Positions 25,580 through 39,313 of a stretch of DNA of 64,000 nucleotides are shown one piece after another (within the stretch, counting starts at the first letter, position 1; the number at the start of each line of letters is the position of its first letter). The translations under genes were made by a program, and so were the position numbers. The stretch lies in NCBI RefSeq assembly GCF_009914755.1, contig NC_060925.1; one strand, 5' to 3'. The notes below the pieces were generated by a model. The model searched no databases, was not told the origin of the DNA, and worked only from the letters and a program-made list of their open reading frames with translations. Origin of the DNA: the human T2T-CHM13v2.0 reference genome, Homo sapiens.

Positions 25580-26830
25580 CTTGGCTCATTCAACAAATTT
25601 CTACTGAGAGCATACTATTAATATGTGCAAGGCAGTGTTGTAAGTTGTGAAGGAAATCCCTGCCCTCATGCATTTTCTGTTTTAGTGGGGCGCACACACA
25701 TAGATAAAATATATAATATACCAGATAGTGATGAGTGGCATGGAGAAAATAAAACGGGAACTGGAAAGGGGATTATGTGTGAGTGTGTGTTTGGAGGTGG
25801 TATTGTTGCTAATTTAAATATAGTGGTGAGGGAGTGCCTGATTGAGATGATGGTATTTTGGTAAAGACCTGAAGAAGGTGAGAGAGGAAGCTCTGTGGAT
25901 AGCTTGATGAAAGAGAATTCTGGGAACAGGCAAGGACAGCTGCAAAAACCTAGAGGAAGAAACATGCTAGAGCAGAGCAAATGAATGAGACAGCCAGGAA
26001 ATAAGATGGAGAGGTTAGGAGGAAGATTGAGGTCTTCGGGGCCATCATGAGATTTTGAGGAGGGGTACATGATCTGATCTAGATATCTAAGCATCACTCA
26101 AGGCATTGTGTTGAAGTTAGAATATAGAGGGCAAGGGTAGAAGCAGGGAGATCAATTAGGAGGCTATGACACTAGTCCGGGAGAGATGAGGATGGCTTGG
26201 ATCAGCGGGACAGTGGTGGAGGTGTGAGAGGTGATTATATCTCGAGCCAACAGGGATTGCTAGTGGATTAGCTGAGAGAGGTGAGAGAAAGACAGGAGCG
26301 AAAGATAACACCAAGGTTTCTGGAAGGATGGAGTTGCTGTTTCCTGAATGAGAAGACTATGGGTCAGGCAGGTTTGGCAGAGGTAAGTGGAGGAAGAGAT
26401 TTAGACATAAGTTTGAACTTTAAGTTAGACATCTCCATGGAGATGTTGAGACTTCAGTTGGATACACGAGTCTGGGGTTCAGAGTAGGGGTTCTGGCTGG
26501 ATAAATAAAGTTGGCCATCTTCAGTATGCCGATATTTAAAACCTTGAGATTGGAGGCACTCACCAAGGGAGCAAGTACAGATAAAGTGGGAGTCTGAGGC
26601 CTGAGCCCTGGGGCCCTCCAGGACTTAAGGGTGGGGAAATGAAGGCAGGATGCATCAAAGAGAAGGAACAACTGGCGAAGGAGGAGAAACCATGAGGACA
26701 TGATTTCCCCAGAGCTGCATGAAGAGAGTGTTTCACAGAGAGGGAGTGATCAACTGTGTCAAAAGCTGTTGATGTTTTATGTAAAATGAGGACTGAAAAT
26801 GAGCAACTGGATTTAGCCAAGTAGCCCCAG
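25580..26830 (-). mobile_element. L2 element
   Basis: tcattcaacaaattt.tactgag start; agtagaagcagggagatcaattaggaggcta; gatcaactgtgtcaaaagctgttga...aggactgaaaatgagcaactggatttagc. Confidence 0.85.
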
Positions 26831-26879
26831 TTATTCTATCCCGTAGCAGTCTTTTCTTCATTGACAGTATCTGGATTTT

Positions 26880-26962
26880 TCCCTCCCTCCCTCCCTCTCT
26901 CTTTTCTTCCTTCCCTTCCCTTCCCTTCCCTTCCTTCTCTCTTTCTCTCTTTATCTCTCTTT
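26880..26962. repeat. CT-rich (TTCCC)-like tract
   Basis: Direct reading. Confidence 0.8.
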
Positions 26963-27062
26963 TTGTTTCTCATTTGCCTCTTTCACTGGATAGTAACAGT
27001 AACCCCTATAAGAACGGGGACCATGACTGTTGGGGGTATAGTGGCTGGCACATATTAGGAGT

Positions 27063-27540
27063 ATGTTATGCAATTTATCTCTTTTGGTTTCTGTTTTGAC
27101 CACATATTGTCCATTTCCCTTTCTCACCTTCCTAATGTTCCAAATCACTTTGGGGAATTTCCTCTCTTCTGTTGTGTGTGGTCTTGATGGGATGGCAAAT
27201 TCTGTGTTTGCCTCCTACTGTGGAAGCCAAAGCAAGCAGATGCTGCCCCAGACCCCTACACCAGGGGGCAGGCTGCGTCCATCAGAGGCTCCTGAGTTAT
27301 CCATCGACAAGAGAATGAGTTGAATCCCAGCATCTCTGTCCTCACCAGAGAGCCCTCCTGGTGAGAGCTGTTGCCATGGTTTCCATTTCCCAGGCCTTGG
27401 TGCTCCCCTGCTTCCTGCCATCACCAAGCCTGCTGCTCCAGCCCCTGTTTCTCTGAGCTCCCAGTATCCTTCCAGTAAATCCTCTTTTGCTTATGTTAAC
27501 CAGAGCCAGTTACTATTCCTTTCAACTTAAAAAGTTCCCA
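27063..27540 (+). mobile_element. Ancient MaLR LTR (MLT1J/K/L-like)
   Basis: 3' end ccttccagtaaatcctcttttgcttatgttaaccagagccagtt typical of old MLT1 LTRs. Confidence 0.55.
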
Positions 27541-28392
27541 ACACCTAAGCACTCAATACACAATACTCAATACACATTTGCTGAATGAATGAAAAAGTAT
27601 GGTTTTCATTTCATGAATGGCGAGTCTGAAGTTCAGAGAGGCTTACCACATGTCTAAGACCACATACCTTCCATCAGTTCTTCTATGCTCCCTTTTCACA
27701 TTCTCAGATCTCTGAAATCAGGATGCTTTTTACAATTGGCAGTGTCTTACAATCAAGTGGAAGTATTTTTCTGTTTTTAGTGGTATATAAAATAATGTAT
27801 CTTATATTAGCTTAGATTCAATGAAATATGGTAGTCAGTATTGAAGTCAAAATTGAAACATATTTCAAAAGTCTGTACATCTTCGCTTTTCAAGGAGTTT
27901 ATTATCTAGTTGGAGAAAAAAATAAGTAGGAAAACTCCACAAATCTTTCTCAAATACAGAGTAGGGTTTCATGAACACTGAGTGGAGGCCCTCACTAAAG
28001 CTGCAGGGGTACATGACTCTGAAGGGCTGAGTGGAGGAGCCACAGCGTGGGCATTTATGTTGATCTCAGCAAGAAAGATTTGGATGGATGGAAATATGAG
28101 AAGAATGGAGAGGAGGGAGGACTAGGTTCTAGACGATGGCAACCCTGCCGACTCTTAAATGCAGGTCTGAGCCACAAGGCTGAGTTTGGTGGAGATGGTT
28201 GCTTGGTGTCTCCCCTCTGACTCTTTCCCTTCTCCTTCTCCATGGTAAATTATTCTTCCAATTCTCCCTGTGTTCACCATTATAACTGTTTTCTGCTGCA
28301 ATCTTTTTCTGGAAAGTTCCCCCCTTCCTACCTCCTGCCCATTCCTCCCAATCAGTTCAGCTCTTGTGTGTGCTGGACAGAAATCCCTCTTG

Positions 28393-28612
28393 GCAGCCTA
28401 GGCAACATAGCAAGACCCCCAACTCTATATATTTTTTTAAATTAGCCAGCATGATAATGCACACCTATAGTCTTATCTACTCTGGAGGCTGAGGTGGGAG
28501 GATCACTTGAGCCCAGAAGTTAAAGGCTGCAGTGAGCTATGATGGCACCACTGCATTCTAGCCTGGGTGACGGAGCAAGACCCTGTCTCAAAACAAGCAA
28601 ACAAATAAAAAA
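28393..28612 (+). mobile_element. 5'-truncated AluJ
   Basis: gaggctgaggtgggaggatcacttgagcccag...ggctgcagtgagctatgat; A-rich tail. Confidence 0.9.
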
Positions 28613-28754
28613 GAAATTACTCTGGGATCCAGAAATAAGGGAAAATGTATTTCGGGGGAGGAACAGCAATAAGCATGGAGGTGCAATGCATGATGTATGT
28701 GAGGAAGAGTGCCTGAATACCATGAAAGGGTAGGCTGGGAAGAGGGGTTTACTC

Positions 28755-29340
28755 ATTCATTCAGGGAATGTTTGAGTATACACCAGGTACTGCTCTAGGC
28801 ACTGGGGATAGAGTAGTGAAATAAAAATTATGTTTCTACCTTACAAGGCTTACATTCTAATAAGAGGAGATAAGCCATAAGCAAATAAATGTTTAAATAC
28901 ATATGTATATACACCTATGGAAAAAATGTCAGATGGTATAAAAGCAAAGAAGAAAAATGTGAAAAGGGTTAAAGAAGCAAGAGAGTTGGGGTGCGAGCTG
29001 CTCATTCAAATAGAAGGGCCAGGAAAGTCTTTTTTGTTAAGATAACATGTCAACAGGGAACTGAAAAAGTGAGTCAGAGTCTTTTGAATCTTCCGGTGGA
29101 AAGTGTTCCAGGGCGAGGGCACAGGAGATGCAAGGGTCTGGATGGGGGGTTGTGTTTGGCAGGTTTAAGGAATAGTATGTCTACCGTGGAGTGAGTGGGG
29201 GCAACAGAGTGGCAAATGCATATGTGGTGGGGAGGTTAGCCAGGCCAGAACAGGTAGGCCTTGTTAGCATTGCAAGGATTTAAATTTTATTCCAAGAGGA
29301 TGCAAAGCCTGTGGAGAAATTTGAGTGAAAGAAAAGGAAT
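28755..29340 (-). mobile_element. L2 fragment
   Basis: tcattcattca...ctaggcactggggatag...cttacattcta...agtgttccaggg. Confidence 0.7.
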
Positions 29341-32300
29341 GAGAGATAGATGGGGCCTAATCCTTGTGAAGCTGCAATGCTGTCCCAAATAGTTTGAATC
29401 CGATTCTCCTATGTTCCCAGAATTTTCATTTCTGAATCATTTAAATTGAGCAGGAAATCTGTTCTAATGAATAAATATGTTTTGTTTTTTTTTTTTTGAA
29501 CACGGAGAGGCCTCCGCTTAGAACAGATGTAATGAAGTCATAGTTTGTTTTGACAGAAAGAGGCTATGGAAGGTTACACTTCCTCCACTCTGCCTTTGGT
29601 TGTCAAGGAGATACCCCTGGAAGCCTCTTCTTTTGTAGCTAAATGTCACTGTATAGCACTTAGATTTTTCATGTTCTCCTTTTATTATGTTATTGTAAAG
29701 TTCTCTGTGTAATTTTGCTCAGGAGTTAACAATTTCATCACTGATGAGTCTGTTCATTGCAAACTACCTTTTCTGGCATTCTGATTGTCTTTCTCCATCC
29801 AGAGGCTGGCTTCCGGGAGGGGCATGCACCTGAAAACTCATCAAACCTGTCTTTAGAAAGGTCCTGAGGGTCAGACAGGCTGAAAAAGGCAGATTAATTC
29901 TGAGAAGCTGATGGGAAAATGTGAACTGATGGATCAAACTACAGAAAGATACATGGTGCTGGGTTGCTTTTTGTGGAGAGCATTATTTCAGCTGCTGACC
30001 AATCAGGGTGGATGTTGCTATATTCAGTTTACAGAGGGGAAAACTGAGATGCGGTGGTAGGAGACTTACTCATGTAGTTACGGTAGCCCTGGAACAAGCA
30101 TCTTCTAGTTTTTAGTGTGCTTTCTACAACACTGTGTTTTTTCAAAGATATAAGCTGGAGATGATAGGTTAGTTAATTAATTCATTCAACATGCCTTTTT
30201 ATTGAGTGCCTTCTGTGGGCTGGGCACTGTTCAAGACACTGGGAATACTGAGGCAAAGAGATGAGCTCCTCATCCTGTTCACACTCCTCCCGTGCCCAAG
30301 TAGACATTACTTTTGACTGTCAGCTGGATATAGATGTAGAATTTATTATAGATCAAGGTTGGCCCTTTAGATGAAAATCTGCTATCCCCGGCTTAGGCAT
30401 ACATGGTTCAGAGATCAAAAAAGCTAAATCTGAATCAGTTCTCTCTGAAAGGAAGTTAAGGTTTTTCAATAAGCTCCAGACTAAAAGACCCGGGAAGACC
30501 GATATACACGTTAAGTTGGCCATGGATATTGTTGGCCAGGGATCAGCCTCTTTCCAAAGTGTTTCACAACTGATTAAACAATTCTGATGAGTGAAATGTG
30601 TTTCTCCCAGGTTTTGAAATCATGTGCTTTAAATTATTACATCTCTATGCTGTTGTGTGCAATTAAGAGTAAACAATGCATCCTGCTATCACCTCTTTTC
30701 AGCACAAGGGAGGAAACAGGTTGATTTCTTTGGACTTTGTGGATTGCTTGCCCACAGTAGCAATACTCCCTTCTTTTGATGGGAGATCTTTAGGGTTTCC
30801 ATCTGCTAGCAATGTGCATTAATAAACATTTTTAACTGAGGAGAGGGTGATGGAGTTTTTATATCTAAATGTCTTTCTGAAAGCTCTGTCGGTAACCACC
30901 ACATTTAAAGAGAGTTATACTATTTGTATTCCTGTCTGCACATCTTAATTATTCAAGTCTTCCAGGGCTTACCTAAATTAGACAAAGAGGAAATTAGTAA
31001 GATGTATTATAATGTTTAGACAGATCAAATGAAAATGTGTCAGATACAAATAGCTCACACTGCATTATCTGATTTTGTCCACAGCCTTTGCTTTTTAGTT
31101 AGGAATGTCTGGATATATGTGTTATCAAGAGAAGCTTGTCTCCTCTCTGCTGTGCTGTTTCTTTAGTGGTCCCTTTAGTCATTTAATACAGGGCTATAGG
31201 CACTCATTATTCTGGCTTTGGGGCATGTCTGACTTTTGTCGATTGCGATTGCGGGAACTTGGGAAACTGATCTGCAGGAAGATGGCAGTTGATTTGCATA
31301 AGACCCCCAGGCATTTTGACACAAGGGACCAATATTCCAAACTATTCCCTGAGGTCTGGTTAGGTAAAGCTTCTGAGAAAGGTTGAAGGGCTCCGTTTAA
31401 AACCAGGGCAAGGAAGGCCTATGAGGTTCCTAAAATAAAAATCAACCTCAAGGTAGCCATATCTAGGCTGATGATATGGGATCAAAACCTTAAAATGTGT
31501 GAGGTAGGGCTGGTTCTGACACAATGCATCATTCATATCACTATCCCTTCTGGACACAGTGAAAAGAATGAAGGGAAGAATTTCTGAGAATGAGAGTATC
31601 ATCTGAAAGACTTGCAACCTCAGAGTCCAGGTGAAGAGGTGAGCGGGTAGAACTAGTCCCTTACAATGACACCAGGCAAAAGACATGCAGCCCTGGATCC
31701 ATTGAAGCACTTCTCTTTCAGCTTGGTGTTGAAGGACAGGTCTGAATATTGTTGTCTTGTGTAAGCTCCAGGGAGATGGTTGGACTCGTTAGAGATGAAG
31801 ATAACCCAAGATGCCACTTTTGCTAATAGGGCATGTGGATATTTAAGTACTTAAGTAAAAAATAAAAGAGATATGGCCATATCTGTGCTCTGAATTCATA
31901 CAACAGTACCTACTGGTTACGATGTGTGTGCATGTATGTGTATGCATGTGTGTGTGTGTAAGAAAAGGGTTCAGCTGCAATTTTACAACTCATTGGGTAC
32001 CAGATATCTGCCTCATAGACTCATCACCCCCTAGAATTGTAGCCCCTTAGTGATCGAGATAAGGGCCACCATCCTTCTTCCTCTTAGTGAGCCTTCTCTG
32101 ATTGCCTTGTTTAAACTTGACATTTACTCTTCCCCTCCCCTGATTGATTTCTCTCCATAGCCCTTATTACCCTCTTTACTGTTCACTGTCTGTTTCTCTA
32201 CCAGGATCCAAAAGGGATTTTCATCTGTCTCTTTTTCACCGCGGCATTCACAGGTCATATGAAAACACATTGAACAGTTCTATTGCACAGGTGCTACAGA

Positions 32301-32454
32301 TGCAGGCAGTAGCACTGGGGCAGGCTTCCTGAGAGCCCCTGCTGAACCAGGCACGCTGCCTTTGGTTGCTAGATTGTGGGAAGTCCAGAGTTCTGGGGCA
32401 AAGGTTGGGGCAGACGTGAAGTAAGGGGTGAGGATGAGGAGTTTCTTAACAACC

Positions 32455-32690
32455 AGTGATGTTGTACTTGTGAGTCCTGGCTGAATCCCCAGTGCTTAGA
32501 ATGATACTCCCACATAGTAAGTGCTCAGTAACTATTGGTTGCATGAATTAACTCCCATTTTGTGGATGAGGAGTCTGAGTCACAGAGAAATTAGGTAGTG
32601 TGTGCAAAGACACAGCTAGTAGGTGACAGAGCCAAGCATGAGTCCATTCCCTGCACCAGTCTGGCTCCAGAGCCTGCCCTCTGAACCATT
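32455..32690. mobile_element. L2 3' end (+) abutting a MIR (-)
   Basis: ccccagtgcttagaatg...acatagtaagtgctcagtaa, then cccattttgtggatgagga..ctgag.cacagaga. Confidence 0.7.
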
Positions 32691-33013
32691 AGGCTCTGCG
32701 GTTGCAAGACAGTCCAGATGAAAAGAAAGAAAGAAGAGGAAGCTGTTATTCCTGTACCAGACATATCATTCTTATCAAATTCTTAAGGACCTTTAAGGGT
32801 TCTTAAAATTTTTCTAGGACAAGGTGGAGGTCTACACAAATGAACTAAAATACCTTTCTGAAAAATTGGAAATGAAATTGATCAAGTCAGGATTTTCACT
32901 TGGCTCTTCCTCTCACGTGGGTAGCTACTAGAGAATCCAGCTGTATGACACAGGATCAGGCAACATTGAAAAAATTACTTCTTATAGACAAAACAATAAT
33001 ATATGATACCAAA

Positions 33014-33433
33014 TGTGGCAGGCAGAATAATGGCCTTCCAAAGATGTTCTTGCCCCAGTGACCAGAAGCTATGAATGTGTTACCTTATGTGGGAAAAGGG
33101 AATTTGCCAGTGTTATTAAGTTAGAAAATTTGAGATGGGGGATTAACCTGGATTCTCTGGGTGGGTCCAATCTAATTATAATTATAAGGGTCCTCCAAAG
33201 TTGCTGGCTCTGAAGATGGAGGAAGAGGCCAGGAGCCATGGAATGTAGGTGACCTCTAGAAGCTGGAAAAAGCCAGGAGATGAATTCTCCCCTAGAGCTT
33301 CTAACAAGGAAAGCAGTCCTGCCTACACCTTGGTGCTAGCCCAGAAGACTTGGGCTAGACGTCTCACCTGCAGAACTGTGTTTAAGCTGCTAAGTTTGCG
33401 GCAATGTTACAGCCGCAATAGAAAATGAACACA
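33014..33433 (+). mobile_element. MaLR solo LTR, MLT1D-like
   Basis: tgtggcaggcagaataatggcc...ctctagaagctggaaaa...gttacagccgcaatagaaaatgaacaca; TSD ccaaa/ccaca. Confidence 0.88.
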
Positions 33434-34209
33434 CCACACCAAGGAAAGGTAAAGTGAAAAATTCAGTCAAGTTATCAAAGTGTTAAAAGAATTAAAAAAG
33501 ACCAAACTGTTGTTTTTCATTGAATTCATTCAAAATAATTGTATTCTTATAGTACATGGATATAATTACTTAAATATTTTTAAGTGATATGTTTATTGAT
33601 ATCAAATAAATCTTCCCAGTCTTTTAAAAGAATGTACGATTTTTATAAGTATTATATAAGGAAAATAAAGAGGAACATACTGCTATCTCAGTTAATGAAT
33701 CTGTATTCCTTTATTAAATCACTCAGAGTGTCATTTATAGGAAGCAGACTTCATATAAGTAGGAGAAGATCATTGCCAGATTTTGAGCTCCCAGAGCTCC
33801 TTCACTCTTGTGGCTCCCCCGGCAAATCTAATCAGCCTCCAATGCTGTTATTTCTTTCATCACAATGATCCTTGCATCTGTTCCTTCATTTTCCTGCCAC
33901 TAATTCAGGCTTCATCACTTTCCACCTGGATAGATAAAACAGGAATCTAACTGACCACTTTGGCTGTTGCTTGTCCCCCTTTGATCTATTCTGCACACAC
34001 CCTCTAGATTCACCTCTGTCAAAGCCCTTCTCCATCATGCTGCTCTCCTGGGAGAAAACACTCACACCTCTTGTCATTGGGCATAGGAGAGGTTCTTAGC
34101 CATCAGTAGGACCTTACTAGTGATGAGGGGGCTGCACATGACTTATGTGCATTCACTAATAATGGTTAAGGTTTGAAGATTATTATTTTTTTAAAACAAA
34201 TTGAGGCAT

Positions 34210-35030
34210 ATTTATTCATTTATATAATTTCACAAATACTTATTAAATATTTATTTGTGCCTGGCACTATTCTAGGTACTGGGGACACAAGGGCAAATGA
34301 GAGAGACAAGAGCACATTCCAGTGTGGGAGAGAGATCATGCTCAATGAAATAAACAGGAAATATCTGGGGAGTGTTAAATGTTATCCAAAAACATCAGAC
34401 CAGGCAAAGTGATAGAATGATGGGGCAGCTACTTTGGACTGGGTGATCAGAGAGACCTGTGGGAGGAGGTGACATTTGATCTGGTGTCTGTGAAGATCCG
34501 GAGGAAGAGCATGCCAGGAAGATAGAAGAACAAATGCAGAGAGTCCCCGGCAGCTGTGATCTTGGCATATTCAAGGAACAGAGAGGAGAGTGTGGCTGGA
34601 TGGAGGAGGACATAAGCATCCAGGAAAGCAGTTGTTGGATCTTACAGGTCTCAGAAACAGAATACTGCATCTTGATTTCCCTTTTAAGATGGTAGAAAGC
34701 TCCTAGAGCTTTAAATCAGGGAATTGACATATACAATGTTTGTCTCTAAAAGCTCACTTTGGTTTTTGCAAGGTGAATGGATTATTGAGGAGGCCAGCTA
34801 GGAGGCCATTGCTGTGATCTAGGCAAGTGACTACAGTGGCTTGGGCTATGACAGTGATGGTGGCGAGAAGTGTACAGACAGATCCAGAGCATATTTTAGC
34901 TTTATGATCATCAAGACTTGCTGATGGATTAGATATGTAGGATAAGGCAAAGATAGTGACTTCTGGATGTTTGGCTTGACCGCTGGTGATCGTTGATACT
35001 ATTTATTAAGATGAGAAGACTCAAAATTAT
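34210..35030 (-). mobile_element. L2 element
   Basis: ttgtgcctggcactattctaggtactgggga...; ccagctaggaggccattgc; gacttgctgatggattagatatg. Confidence 0.8.
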
Positions 35031-35829
35031 CATTATGAACATCTAGTATTATAATGTGCTTTCTTGGCTTGTGAGGCATCCAAGGCAATTTGCCCTTGCA
35101 TGCAATGGCACAAGACCACTATGCTTTATAAGACTTGTTTCTATTTTTTAATAATTTTACAGTGCTTGCCTTTTTGACAGGATTCCTGCCACTAGAAGTT
35201 TCTCATTTCTCCCTAAATCTGTCCTGGGCTAGGAAACCAGATACAAATGCTCATTGAAATTGTATGTAAAATGCCAGTAAACAGGAGCTGAATGAAGAGA
35301 TGAAAAATTACTTTTGAGTAGAAGATGTGTGTTTTGTTTCGTGGGCTTTATGACAAAGATTGCTCAGAAACCCTTTTTGTTTACTTGCTCTGTGAGAGAG
35401 ACTACTGAATAAATGACCTCTGCATACATAAGGAGTTATTGTGCCTTTTCTGTGCTTATGAGTTGCCTGTCTGCCTTTCCCAGAGTTCTCTACCAACAGC
35501 TGAGCCATCTTGATCTCTATGTCAGCAAGTTTAGCCCAATTGCATCATGCCATACTTGATGCTAGTTAAAACCTGATTATGTGTCCCAGTTTTAGTTGCT
35601 GTGTTTCTACCCTGCTATTATCACTTGGTCTCCCACAGGTACCTTGTTTCTGTATCTGTATCTTGGCCTTGTTGTCCTCAGTGGCTGCCTGGATAACCCA
35701 ATCTATATAGAATGATAACTCTTATTTTCCTTTTTAATCCTTAATCATGTGGAGACACACATTTTATTCCTGAGCCAAAGCCTGGAAACTCCACTACTAT
35801 TATCAATACTGCTAGTACTACTAGTAATA

Positions 35830-36080
35830 GGATTACTAGCTAGCATTGGCTGAGCATTTATGTGCCATGCATTGAGATAAACACACAACACACATGGCCA
35901 CACTTGATTCAGCTATCCAGTGAGATAGACTTTTTTATGCAACCTTTAAAAATGATGAAACTGAAGCAAAGAGAGGATAGGTACCTTTTCTTAGATCACA
36001 AAGCTAGTTAGTGGGTGATGGAGTGAGGATGAGAACCCAGAGCGACTGAAAAGTTTCTTCTCTTCATCATGGTCCTATAA
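35830..36080 (-). mobile_element. MIR
   Basis: gcattggctgagcatttatgtgcca...gatgaaactgaagc...gatcacaaagctagt. Confidence 0.7.
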
Positions 36081-37193
36081 CTGCCTGTATAGACTGATAC
36101 ACAAACTTGAGGCCTGTGACTTGCTCAGTGATTTCCCTTTCTATGCCTCCCTGCCTCTAAGTTGATGTCCCTCTGTGGTGGACCCAGATCCATGCCCCTT
36201 TACTGTCATACACTCATTTCATTAGCTATGCTACATGGCCAGGAGGCTATGCTAAGGGGACAATTGGTATTTTTAATTTGCTCCAAACTTTATAAATAGT
36301 AAGACAGTAGTTAATTGAAGAGTGCACTGGTTAGCCAGCCTCTAAAGTAGGTGTCATTGTTCTTATTTTAGAAATAAGATAACAGAAGAGAGCTTGTAAT
36401 TTGCTCAAGATCACGTAGTTACTTTAGGATGGGTCCTGGATTTCAACCCATGTCTGGTTGATTTCAGTGTATCCTCTTAATTAATTTCTGGGAACTCTTT
36501 CCCAAATGGCTCTAGCTTTGGGGCTAACAGGCTACCTATTTTACATGCAGCATTCTGTTATTTTACTTCCTATAAATAAATGTCTCTCTATGAGTTTTAT
36601 GGTAATAGAAATTTTTAAATGCATTTTTATGCTCCTGTCCAATCACTTGGAACAGTAAAATTGATAAATTGTTTGTATTCCTCTCATTTTGGAACACAGT
36701 TCACCTTTTTCTTATTTTGTAATTGTGCTTTTTTGAATGCTTGTTTTGTCTGATCCATGCCTTGAAATATTTTGTAAATCTGAATATATTACTATCTTAG
36801 GAAAAGGGAGATTTTTCTTAATAAAATTGAGTAGTGCAATTTCTATGATAAAATTGCTCAATTATACTGAAAGAAACACAATATATCATAAGTTATGCAT
36901 CATTGAACAACTTAACCACACAAATGCTCAAAACCCAGAGAAAAAATTGTAAAGGCCAATTTAGTGGAAAACCGGAAAGGATTTAATTTTCCTAAAAGTG
37001 TTTTTTGGGAAACTCATTAGTCTCTTTAAATGCTCTGTCGAAAAATGGTTTCTTGGTAATATAATTGAGACATGCTCTATATTTTATCTCCTATGAAGGA
37101 TTCAGAAAATAAGATTTGCTAATTGAAGGCTCTGAGAAGTCCTACTCCTACAGTAAAGATATCTGATCCCTAATTAATTTTTTGTGTTGGCCA

Positions 37194-37520
37194 TCTGTTG
37201 TTATTGCCTGCTCAGTATGTGTTCACTTTTCTGGGAATAGCACCATAATTTTGTCCTGGGAAACTGTGCCTCTTGATTTGACGCAGTGCGAAGTGGGTGT
37301 TAATCAGGGGACCTTGCCATGCCCTGGCCAAAGTATAGGCATGTGACCCAAGATGGACCAATCAAATGCTTTCTCTCTGGAATTTATATCTTGAATGGAA
37401 CAATGCAGTGATTCAATATAGTTGAAATTCATTTATCCTGGTGATGGTGCTCTGCTTCCTGGATCTTTGGAGCTACTCTTCTTCTTGGGCTTTTAACATT
37501 CTGGTTTTCCAGCCTTCCTT
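37194..37520 (+). mobile_element. Ancient MaLR LTR (MLT1K/L-like) 5' part
   Basis: ggcatgtgacccaagatggaccaatcaaatgc.tctctctggaattt motif. Confidence 0.5.
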
Positions 37521-39313
37521 TGTGTAATTATACAGGCTGCGCACTGCTTAAGGGCACCATGTCTAAAAAGAAAGAAAACATTCATGCTGTAGATCTATAT
37601 TAACTCCTGTGAGAATGGGGGTTGGGAGGGGCGGTGGATAATGGAGAGTCTGGGATTTCTGGCTGCATCTGGAAGTAGTAGAGGAGAGTTCCTGATGAAG
37701 TTAGGCTGCACCAGCATTCAGGAATATACATTCACTTTGGAGACCTACACGCACACTTGTTGATGCCCATGTACTCACAACCTGGTTTTGTTCCTGTGCA
37801 ACCCCAAGAATTCCATGAGGTTTTTTCTGTCATCCTTCCACTGCTCTTAGATACCCTCAGAAACCTATCTAGACACAGTCCCTTTGCCTAGGGAATAGGA
37901 CTGGGGGCATGGAGTGTGTCTCTGCCAACAGTGTGTATGTTCCAGTATAGGACATGGACAAGCAGCCAGGAATGTGGGCACGAGTGTGTATAGCAAGACC
38001 CCATCTCTACAGAGCACCTGTAGCTCTGCCTGTCAGGGCCCTTGCAGTCTTTCTTTGTATGGCCTGGAAAACCAAGGGTGTGTGTCCAAGCAAGAGGCTT
38101 TAGTTTTACTTTCTTATGAGTGGGACACATATATTTGGGTTGCCAATTTTAAAGATACATTCAATTTATGAAATAACAGCCATCATTCTCTTGCCCCTCG
38201 TTTTATCCATTAATTTATTTTCCCTCCCCTTCTCTTCATTTGCAGGTAAGGTAGCTACCTGCCTGGTGTCTACTTTTCCCGGGTGGCCTGAATATGGTGC
38301 TTGGTTGTGCAATAATATACTAATGGAACCATCTTTCATTTGAGGGAGGAGCATCCTTTTAAATTTGTGCTAGTGGCAGTCTTGTCTCTGAGCTGCCTTG
38401 TATCCTTCCAATATGCTTCAGCTAATTAGAGTCAGGTTAGGTTGTACTTTCCCAAAGCTTAGGTAATACATTCCTGTCATCTTTTAATACTCCTCAAGTT
38501 CCTCAAAACATTTGGAAACCCTGATCCAGTGGAAATAGCACAGGACTAGGGAGGAAGAAACCTAATTTTATTGATGAGAAACCCAAAGCCCTTTAAAGTG
38601 AATTTCAGGCAGGGCTTTCAGTAATGCAGAGTGGAGAAGATAACAAATCCTCTTTCCCAAAAACAACTGGAGAAAACTGTCCAAACCAACCATTTTAGTC
38701 TTTTGGGAATGGACAGAGGTCAACAACAAACTGGGAAACATTTATTCATGGAACCTTGCTGAACTTTGGGTAAGAACAAAGTTCCTATCTCTGGGTAAGA
38801 ACAATGGGAATCTGTGATGTTCTTGCTTGGGGATGCCTCATAACCATAGATCTGTTGTCACAATAGTGTTGCCAGGGTAGATCTGCTTGTGCCAGAAGGC
38901 ACTGACTTGATTTAGAGTGAAGGGCATCGTCAGTAAAATCAGAAAATTAGAAACACACAAGAAGAGCCTACAGTTTTGCTAGCCTCAGATTGTGGCCAGA
39001 AATTCAACAGGAAGACCTTGGGAATTAAATCAGCTCTCCACACATCACTGGTTGACTGAGAGGATATGCATGCACAAGAAGTCCATGTGGGGCCTAATGG
39101 AAAGTAAAAGCTGGGGCCAACCTGATGCCCACCTGAAACTTGTATGCACAAAGTTTGACCCACACTCAGGTCCATCAACAATAGCTAGGAGTCTTACTGG
39201 CTTGAAGGCATTTGAGCATTTTCTGACCAATTACTGACTACTAAGCTATGCAGACACAGGAGCAACTTCTAGAAAACTAGACTAAAAAGTAAAAGTAAGG
39301 ATTGAAAAATGCT

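Noticed and set aside
32776-32812. Imperfect inverted repeat ttaaggaccttt/aagggttcttaa
   Set aside because: Needs wobble pairs and has almost no loop; within chance expectation.
35610-35644. Second AG|GT junction (cccacag|gtacct)
   Set aside because: The regenerated donor GTACCT is weak and the pyrimidine tract is interrupted; far poorer than the 38245 site.
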